From Mytilus trossulus (taxonomy: Eukaryota), in NCBI RefSeq assembly GCF_036588685.1, contig NC_086385.1, positions 48,941,216-49,005,215 of the forward strand: a stretch of DNA of 64,000 nt, given 5' to 3'. Each line of letters starts with the position of its first letter. The stretch's first letter is position 1. Position numbers and translations under genes: made by a program. Below the pieces are notes generated by a model, which was not told the origin of the DNA, searched no databases, and saw only the letters and a list, made by a program, of their open reading frames with translations. Below are positions 53,809-64,000 of this stretch, piece after piece.

Positions 53809-54062
53809 TTTTTATGCCCCACCTACGATAGTAGAGGGGCCTTATGTTTTTTTGTCTATGCGTTTGTGCGTCCGTTCGTCCGTCTGTCTGTCTGATTGTC
53901 CGTTCGTTCGTTCGACTGTCCCGCTTCATGTTAAAGTTTTTGGCCAAGGTAGTTTTTGATGAAGTTGAAGTCCAATCAACTTGAAACTTAGTACACATGT
54001 TACCTATGATAGTATCTTTATAATTTTAATGCCTAATTATATTTGATGGACACATTCTTGTT
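53809..54062 (+). mobile_element. Shorter copy of the Helentron-like repeat at 34709-35153
   Basis: Same 5' end TTTATGCCCCACCTACGATAGTAGAGGGGC and 3' end GGACACATTCTTGTT. Confidence 0.7.
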
Positions 54063-54982
54063 GGCTTTGTTTTTTTTTACTTCACTGAAGATTCTGAAAC
54101 AAACATTTGTAAATAATGACAAACAAATAGTACTTTTCACAGTATTACTATTATCTTGATTATACATTTGTATATATATATATATATAAATATATTAATG
54201 TCAACAAGTACATATAAAACAGAATAAAGGGTCACTATTTGTAACACAATGGAAATTTTAAAGAGGTTTTTTTTTTCTTTTAACATGTTTAGCCCTTGTG
54301 TACAAGTTTTACAAATTAACGTAACAACAAAAGACATGATTTAAACAAAAACATTATGAACTTTTAAAGCAAGAGTATTAAATTGAAAAATCTCTTTAAA
54401 AAAATTACTGACACTGGAATTGTGTTGACCGACGGTAATGAATAATTAAAAACATTTGTCAGAGTTGGTAAAGAATATGTTTCTATTTTTGTAGCTTCAT
54501 TTCTACCTTTTTTCTCGTTGATGATTGAATGAATTAGAAAAGTTCACAATGAGAAAAATCGAAATTATTTCTTTCTGTCTATCCATTGTCATGCTTAATT
54601 CAAATCAGGACAGCTGTACATAAGCTGCATACCATTCAAGAGCACTTGATTTCAGTCTGTTTTGTAAAGATCATGTTTCCATATGTGTATGCATATTTTT
54701 TATTGAACTAGTTTTTTCTGTCTTAAACCGATTAATTATACTTCAAGTATACAACCAACCCCCTTTTCTTTTTTCTTTTTCTTTCTCTTATCCTTGATTT
54801 ATTTTATTGACTTTCAAATCAATTCAACAAACATGACATTCTTCGTTTTATAGAAAATAAAAGTGCTAAAAAATTGCATAGGTACACATTTTTATTTCAA
54901 ATTTGATATGTGTGTTTTTTATATGTTATTGTAAAATTATTTAGAAAGAAAAAAATAGAAACAACACGGTTAATAACTTCTT

Positions 54983-55024
54983 GCGTTCGAAGAGCTTTTC
55001 TGGATTTACCTTCATCAGGAACGC
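54983..55024 (-). ncRNA. Hammerhead-like motif of a third family
   Basis: Minus strand reads GCGTTC-CTGATGA-AGGTAAATCCA-GAAA-AGCTCT-TC-GAACGC with a perfect 6-bp stem I. More decayed copies lie near 7683-7720 and 3045-3080. Confidence 0.6.
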
Positions 55025-55874
55025 TATGAGCCAAACATTTGTTATCTGAAGATGTATAAGTACCGAAACCGTTGAAGAGCTATATATGTCAAAAATACCT
55101 AAAATAAACAGAGCTGATGATACCCTCGGGGACTAATAGTACACCAGTAGAAAGGTTATCCATATTAACACATATATTTTATAAGCAGGAGTAAGAGTAA
55201 AGATTTATAAATGTCACCGATACTTAATGTATTGAATCAAAAGGTCTTTTATATAACAAACTATATGAAAAACAAACGCTTCTAATATAGCATTACATAT
55301 TGACATTTTTGCGCCTGTCCCAAGTCAGGAGCCTCTGGCCTTTGTTAGTCTTGTATTATTTTAATTCTAGTTTCTTGTGTACAATTTGGAAATTAGTATG
55401 GCGTTCATTATCACTGAACCAGTATATATTTGTTTAGGGTCCAGCTGAAGGACGCCTCCGGGTGCGGAAATTTCTAGCTACATTGAAGACCTGTTGGTGA
55501 CCTTCTGCTGTTGTTTTTTTATTTGGTCGGGTTGTTGTCTCTTTGACACATTCCCCATTCTCAATTTTATCTATCATAATGATTAAGTTAATGACTGTAT
55601 AGTTAAATTCCACGTTATAAAATAGATTCACAGCTATATTTGCACGTGAACTTTTGGGGTGATATACCTTCAAAGTACTGAACATGTTCCTAGATCGTGA
55701 AGTGATGTTAAAATGTACTTGTAAACAATTGTTCTTTTTAGCTATATAAATGTAATGTATACTATATTTCAATCATTTCATTGAAGAATGTAAATTGCAT
55801 AAAGCAAAGTACAAAATACTGTAAAATTGTTTTAGCATGCCTTAGAGTTTAGTGTAACGTCCATTTTCACAACT

Positions 55875-56725
55875 TTATGGGATTTTAGATCATCAATGCT
55901 CTTCAACTTTGTAATTGTTTGGCTTTATAGATAGTTTGATATGAGCGTCAATGATGAGTCTTGTGTAGACGAAACGCTCGTCTGGCGTACTAAATTATAA
56001 TCCTGATACCTTTAATAACTATTTACGCCACTGAGACGATGCCACAGCTGGTGAACGTTTCGTCCCCAAGAGTACCACAAGCCCAGTTGTCAACACTAAT
56101 TCGGTGTTGACATGAATATCAATATTGTGGTAATTTTTATAATTTCTAGTTTACCAAACTTTGAATTTTTTGAAAAGCTAAGGATTTTCTTCTCCCAGGC
56201 ATGGATTACCTGAACCGTATTTGGCACAAATTTTGGGAATTTTGGATCCTCAATGCTCTTCAATTTTGTACTTGTTAGACTTTATGAATATGTTGATATG
56301 AGCGTCACAGATGAGTCTTATGTCGACGAAATGCGCGTCTGGCGTTCTAAATAATAATCCTGGAACCTTTGATAACTATTTTCACCACTTAGTCGATGCA
56401 ACTGCTGGTGGACGTTTCGTCCCCGAGGGTATCACCAGTCCAGTAGTCAACACTTCGGTGTTTACATAAAAATCAATAATGTGGTCATTTTTATAAATTT
56501 CCTGTTTATCAAACTTTGAATTTTTCGAAAAACTAAGGATTTGTATCCTAGACATTACCTTAACCATATTTGGCACATTTTGTTTTTCGAATTTTGTATC
56601 TTCAATGCTCTTCAACTTTGTACCTATTTGGCTTTATAAATATTTTGATTAAAACGTCACTGATGAGTCTTATGTAGACGAACGCAAGTATGGCGTACTA
56701 AATCATAATCCTGGTACCTTTGATG
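55875..56725 (+). mobile_element. Tandem retrozyme-like array (~352-357 bp period) with three partly mutated hammerhead motifs
   Basis: Consensus GCGTCA-CTGATGA-GTC-TTATGTA-GAC-GAAA-CGCGCG-TC-TGGCGT at 55945, 56302 and 56654. Each copy has at least one core substitution or deletion. Confidence 0.82.
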
Positions 56726-59700
56726 TTATTCAATGAACTGAACTAAGTCCATATTTTTTTACTCTGGCACGGGATATATATATGTATATCCTAATCATAA
56801 TGATAACTATCATGTTAGAAGCATATTCTTATATACTTAATCTTTTTGATTTTGCTTTCAGCATACTAGACTAAGTTTATATAGTGCATTGTATGCATAC
56901 AAGCTTTTATTTCTCTTGGAAATATATCAATTCAATCATTTGAAACAGTTTATGTGACGAAACGTAATTGGTAACACTTTACTACTGAAACTTGATATTT
57001 AAACATGTCTAGACGTCTCGCCTGAGATATGAAATTGCTGAAATTCGAATGCTACCGTTACATGGACAGTGACATGTTAGTGTAAAATATTGAATAAATA
57101 TAACGTATATTCTAATCTTCGTTATGAGTCCTTAAACTGAATTGTTTTCAATCTTAAACACATTATTGATAAACAGAAAACGGATGATTATGTATCAGGA
57201 ACCCCGCCAAAAATTTAAAGTGAACTCGGGTGCTTCAGAAATGTATTTACTATAAGCTATTCCAGCGCCATGGGTAGTACACGTGAGGTTGGTCATGCAC
57301 GCAGATATACGGTGATAAGTCTTACTCTGTAATAACACAATCAAAGACAATTGCAAACTCTTTCAATACTTAAAAGTAAGTGCGCGCACATGTAAAGCGC
57401 TCATTTGATTTATCATTGCTTTGTTACTGTACAGTAGCACTATCTATGACATTTGGAAACAGTTGTTTAGACGTAATTATATACAAAAAGCAACATTATT
57501 CACTAACAAAGCATACAATGTACATGTATAAAAAAAATTAAGAAAAGTGGTATGAGTGCAAATGAAAAAGTTTTGCACCAAAAAATATAAACCGAGGATA
57601 AACGAAACTTTCAATCACCGAAATTCAATGTCTGTAATAAGGTATAATCTAAAAATAATATCTGCATTTTGTCATAGTAACAAGATTACAGCATTGTAAA
57701 GAATAAAGATTTGGATTATTTTTTATAATGGAACTGTGTTCTATAATGCAAATCATATGATTGAAATCATAGGTCAATTACAACAGAAAAACGTGTATTT
57801 GCAAAATAATCGTTTTACTTGTTTTGATGACCTAAAGTCTGTTCTAATCTGACCACCGATATGTAACTTTAAACGATGTCGCTTTAGAAGAATGGTGAAA
57901 ATCCTGCACTTTCGCAACATTTTATATAAAGTCAAAAACGAAAACGAATACATAAACCGACTCTATAATTTTGATTGGTCCCATATCTCGTTTTTGTATA
58001 ATGAATGTTCCCTAGTCTTTACTTCCCCCTCCTCCTCCCCTTTATCGCTTTCTTGTGTGCAAGGAAAAACTTTTACGATCAGAAGCTATTAAAAATGATA
58101 AAACTATAAACTTACGTGCGTACTACATCGAATAAATCGTTTAAAAGAATATAAACTAAATCACCTTCTACATCAAGTTGAATTATTAAAACATGCTTTT
58201 TGCAAATCAATGTAATAATTGAGTCATGTTTTCAGACATTTTAAAGTGCATTTGACATTTCAAATATACGTTTTTTTATAAATCATTTTTTGTAGAAATT
58301 GTTGTTATTTATTAGTTTTGTAGTAAGACGGAAGTACCATACAGAAGGCGTCTTTATTTCAAATCTGTTTCAACATGCGCAGTGGCAAATGTTAGCAGGC
58401 ATACAAATGTAGTCATATTTGAAATTATATACGCATACCTCTGAGGAGCCAAATATTCCCATAATTAAACTTTTTTCTTAGCCTGATTTTTTGGGGGTTT
58501 AAATATGACTTTAAAAAAAGAATTTTTGAAGAAAAAAATCAATTAAACTTTTTGTTCATACGTTCAATAACAATGAAGTGTAACTATCTGTATCAATTTA
58601 ACTTTAGGTAGGTGTCAATAAAAGAAAGGTTTCTCATGCTTTTTCGGGTGAAATTAACCATGCTGTCAAGTATGTAAATTTGTGATCTTTCTCTATTTTA
58701 AGTTAGATCAAAATGCATATTATTTTAACTTATTTGTTATAAAGGATTGAAAAAAAACCAGTTATAAAATAATATGGGATGTATACGTTTCTTGTGAAAT
58801 TATTTCTTGTACCCCTCACCCATTTTCTCAAAATTTTGGATAGAAAGACTGAATTGATTGGCAATACAAATATTACTTAAAAACTACAAATTTTAGATAC
58901 ACCATTTTTTTTCAGAGTTGACTTTGACAATAACATTTTGAAAATTTATCTATATTTTCCACTTCTATCACGTGTTTTGGAAATAATTCCAGGTCGAGAT
59001 TTTAACGAGACTGAAACGTTTAAAGAATACATCCTTAACAAAATTAATTGGACAAGAAGTATAATACTTTAATTGTTTTATCTTGTAGTGTTTCATTTGA
59101 ACGTGTTTCAATGGATGTTTCTTTACGCATAGATACATTTCTCGTAACTTTATAACTTCTAAAAGGAACAAACTTTAATCAAGATTTCAAATTCTGAAAT
59201 TCAAATAAACAACGGTTCAGAAATGAGTTATTTTGTATGAATGACCAGAACTACTCTAACATTCTATCTAAGGGTTTTTGGTCGGTTTTTTTGTCATCAG
59301 TTTCTGTGTAGTGTAGTGTTTTGTTTTTATCTATTCGGGAAGTTGCCTGTTTGTTTAAAAGTTCACGAATGCTTTAACGGCTTATCATGGTTGAGCGACT
59401 ACACTATTGTCTGTCACTCTTACTTGGCTTACATTCAATTAAAATTACAGTATAACATACACAGGTACAATGCATATTATGATTAATTTTCTTATACTGA
59501 ATCTAGCATACCTAATTCGTATGTATTTTAAAAGTATTATTCTATGAAATGTTTTGGTTAATAGTTTTTTTATGAGATTGAAAATTTGTTGTGTTTGTGC
59601 AGGTTTTTTTTATTTGAATTACATGTATACAACTTCGATATCTTTATTCATTAAACTTTCCATCATGAATATTCATGTTTTATGTCTCATTATACTTGAT

Positions 59701-62700
59701 TGTTAATTTTGTTGAGGGAATATAAAGTAGGCTCAAGACCTAGTTTGAACGCTAGGTTCATTTGATAAATTGTCTTCGGTTATAAATTGGTTAATTTACA
59801 AAGGAAATAGGGTTTTTATGATTCCTATAAAGATGATGAGAATTTGTTAAGTTCTAGCAATATCATTTGAACAATTATAAAAATGAAAAAATGAGGAAAA
59901 ACACAAATAATTACGAGTATACATCAATACAATATCAACATTCATTTATAACATGACAAACATCTAAAATAGTTATAAGAAGATATGGTATGAGTGACAA
60001 TGAGAACTCTATCCAGGTCAAAATGCAGGTCATAGTACGTTTTTTTAAATATGGAGCCTTCATGTTTGCTAACCACGAAGAACATGCTGGAAAGGGCTCA
60101 AAACATAACATGTGACAAATCTTTCAAACGGAAAAATCAATAATTTAGCGATCTTAAAGTACATTGAGAATCTAAATATCGCAAAGCGTGTTCAAAAGCG
60201 GACAAATATCTAAAAAGTCTGTATAAATAAATCAAGCAGCGATAACCAAAGGACAGTAATATTCCCATTATGAACAATGAATATCAACGGCAACGGACGT
60301 CATACCAACGGATTAGCATACTATGGTCAAATGGTGGCATTGCATGAATGAGTTTGAAAGGACTTTACGCTTTCCTTGTATTCTTTTATTGGATTAATCA
60401 TACAATCAGTAAAGAGAAACGCATTTAGCACTGTTATTTAGCATATCGGTACAAGAAACACAACAACAAAAAACTTCGATGCATGGAACACTATATGCTA
60501 ACTAATATAGATTCATCAGTATTCGTTGGATACTAATTTTAATGGATTCCGTGGGTACATGTATAGGCGAACCACGAAATTAAATGTTCAAAGAATGAGA
60601 AATTTTTTAAAGGCTTGTATGAAGACATCGGATGATTGATGAGAGTTTTATCTGCATATGAATAAAATGGAGTGATATTACTAGTATTTCAAGTGCGTGT
60701 CTATTTATCAACTGATTTTAATTTAGATTCTCTTATTGTACGTGGTATTGACAAGGTTCATGCCTTCCAGGATATTTCCTCGTAACGTAACGACACATCG
60801 AGTTCGAAGTCCTTCAAAATATAATTGCAGTTTCTGATTTGAATTATTCTTGGCACTGTTGAAAACAAATTCCAATTATATTCAAATGATTTTGTTTGAA
60901 ATAAGGAGAGCTGTCTTTAAAGTCATCAAACATTTCTCAGTTTTAAGTGTGCATATTTTGTGGGGAAAACGCCAAATCCAGTATTTAGATTAATCTGAGT
61001 ACTATATTCGTAATTAGAAAAATTTAGTTCTGTAGGTCTAGGTACGATTGCCGGGTTGACAACTTTCTAACAAATTACAAACAACGTGAAGGTAAGACCT
61101 ATTTTACCATACGGTATTCAATAATGGGCATACACATAACGTATGATGTACCATATAACGTAATGTCAGCTAAAACAAGTCTCTGACATGGCAAACTAAA
61201 TGTTTAACAATTCAAAGTGAAAAACCAACAAACTGATTTAAGACAAATGATTCACGAAAAACGAATAATCAAAATACACACACCAAAGAACTTGATGATT
61301 ATTCCTCCAAAATTGATTTTAACTTGTTTTTCCTAAAGACAAATTAATTTATATTATACATGCAAGATTTATTTATTTGTATTACAAGAGGGTTTCATCC
61401 CAGACACTAGTCAAATCGAGAGATACACATAACTCTTATTATTTAACACAATAAGATTTTGTAAAGAAGTTGATTGTCCGCCTACATTTTAACAATTTTT
61501 TGAAAGACACTGAATCTCATCGGATTAACTGGGATATTCCAGTGAAGAAACATAATGTGTATATCTAAATGCGTATGTAACCAACAATAGTTTAAAAAAT
61601 ATCTGACATTTTAATATAATTTGAGTACACAGTATATTGTATAACATTTGTTAAAAAAACCTGCATTATATAAATTGATATGACAGCAGAAACATGGGAA
61701 ATGTCATTATTGGTGATATCAATTGCAAAAGCAATTACCATGGAATAACATGACATTTCACACAAACAAATTATACTGAAAACATTTGTTTGAAATATAG
61801 CAATCTAGAGTATTCCGCTATTTGTAATAGCTTGTCTGACTACATTCACTCTGGACATTTGTCATACAATGCCATATATTGTTTGCCTATTCACCAACTT
61901 CTCAATTTTATTAATTTTCATTTCTATATAAAATAATAATATCAACTATCGAATAATAGTTATTCAAATATATCTGCAAATGTACACTGAAAATCGGTAT
62001 CAATCTATTTAGATTTCCCTATGTATAAAAGATTTTTGAATTAAACTGATATACCATATAAACATATCAAATACAAATAACCATTTTTTGTCTATATGTA
62101 AGGTGTATTCTAGCCGGCTGGCATTATATAATGTCAGAAGTTTCTTTTTATTTCAAAAAGATAATAACATTTATTTAATTTAATACTTCATTTAGGGTCT
62201 TCCACTTTAAAACAGATTACCTAGGTGACATAAAAATAGTGTACGTTCAAAAACTTATTATTCGTTGCAATGATGTCTTCCAATACTACATTTATATGAA
62301 GAGGCATGTTGGACTTTCCATATCTCCGTTTTGAAGATCATATATATCAAACAACATCGCTCCTCACAATAGTGTAGTGTGCAAACTATATAGTTTGTTA
62401 CACTTTTAGGTGGGTTAATATAGGAATAATATTGAATACAAAAGCAATTTCCGGGTGTTTTCTCCGTCAATAAAACTGTGAATGGAAATTTGGAATGTTG
62501 GGAAGAGACAAACATCCGAGCAAAGAGCAGAAAACAGTTGTAAGATGATCTTAGGCGCCTAAGAAAGATAAGCAGATTCTCCTCCAAACATGCCAAATTT
62601 GGCAAACGTCGTACAAAAAATATAACGAATGAAGTGAGAATGTTACCCAGTACATACATGTTGACGCTATAAGCTTATGCAATCATGGTCATTCCGTTCA

Positions 62701-63358
62701 GCGTAAAATGAACTATGATATATGTTGACAAACAAAATGTCATCGACTTCAATGTATTTGTTGGTAATTTGACATTTTAACTGATCATTATTTAGTTAAC
62801 GTATAGTTCACTGTAGGGGATATGTTGACTGTTATTGATGTATTGTGTATTGAAACAACACCTAATACGTTATTTGAATGAAGTATTGCGAAGGACAATT
62901 AGGTGCTTTGGTGCTTGACTCTTTTTAAATATCGACCAAAATCTAAAATTCACAACCGGTATAATAATTAAGATCGGAAAATATTAATTTTACTGAATGT
63001 AATATTTCATACCAGTGTTCTCGAGCAGGCATTAACCATCTGTTAACATCATAAAGGAGGTGTTAATTTTACGCTTGATAAATATCAAATTCGAAGAAAA
63101 ATCAGTTAAAATCCCTCATCAGTAATTTTAACACTAGGATTTAACTCTAAACCTATCGCCTTAGCAGAACAAAAGACTGTCATTTTTAAACTTGGCATGA
63201 GTACATGGTAGCATTTTTTACAAGATTCGGAAACAAATAAAAAATATTCCTTTTAAGTATGACCTGCGTAAAGTTGAGAATGCAAATGGAGAATGTGTAC
63301 AAGAGTCAAAAACCATTAAAAGAGAGATAATTATAAATTTAACGGTACCAATTTTCTT

Positions 63359-63402
63359 GCACCAGATGCGCATTTCGACAATATATGTCTCTTCAGTGAT
63401 GC
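63359..63402 (-). ncRNA. Minimal type I hammerhead ribozyme, same family as 9265-9308 (repeat ~63340-63522)
   Basis: Minus strand reads GCATCA-CTGAAGA-GAC-ATATATT-GTC-GAAA-TGCGCA-TC-TGGTGC. Confidence 0.85.
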
Positions 63403-64000
63403 TCGTGGCCAAAATATTTGAAATCCAAAGCTTATATAAAAGATGAAGAGCTATAATCCAAAAGATCCAAAAAGTATAGCCAAATCCGTGAAAGGAATCA
63501 GAACTTTACATGAGGGAGATACACGAAACCAAATGAATTTTCAAACCCATCAATCGAATATAAACTAACAATAACAAGGCTAAATAAGAAATATGCGTAT
63601 TAAGGACAAACAATGTTCAAGAATGTAAAAAAAAATATGAGTGGAATTGGTATTGGTTTTAGACCTTTGTTTTTTTAAATCCTGGAAATCAGTGTTGTAC
63701 AAAGCAGAATATAGTGTACAGTTCTTCTGAAATACTTTAATACTTTATACTTTATGCTTTGGAATAACTCAACTGTCTATCTGTCGTCGTTGAGAGTTAT
63801 TATATCAACCATACTAATTTCATGATAACTTGTACTTTTAAATTGATCACAATATTTGTGAATTAATTGCTATACCGTCCATAATGCACCTGTTTGCATT
63901 TTAGCCAATATATGCGAGTCCGAATCATAATTTTGCAAGGCAGAAATTATACCTGGTATCACAGATGCCCGCACACAGAAGGTGTAGCGTAATAAACGTT

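Noticed and set aside
62258-62659. 133-aa ORF or possible decayed transposase tail
   Set aside because: No recognisable motif or convincing splice partners, and the alternative frames contain stops.

Overview
This is AT-rich, repeat-dense eukaryotic DNA. The repeat families suggest a bivalve such as Mytilus (inference). No ordinary host gene is evident. The main object is a ~25.2-kb DNA transposon (26711-51894) with TAT...ATA ends, a near-perfect 6-bp target-site duplication (GTTGTC/CTTGTC) and very long terminal inverted repeats (TIRs) built of ~21-bp subunits. It carries two convergent, intron-containing genes with intact reading frames. The + strand gene (2 exons, 447 aa) encodes a SAM-like/HTH/IS3-IS481-type DDE transposase (IS3EU-like). 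The - strand gene (6 exons, 633 aa) encodes a SAM + putative beta-grasp + UBZ-like zinc finger + HECT ubiquitin-ligase protein whose HECT seems to lack the E2-binding subdomain. Each gene starts just inside a TIR. The rest of the window holds minimal hammerhead ribozymes of three families (retrozyme-like, including a ~355-bp tandem array), Penelope-like RT fragments, two satellite arrays (113 bp and ~168 bp), a poly(A) retroinsertion and many MITEs and Helentron-like repeats. All gene models were spliced and translated by eye; no database search was run.
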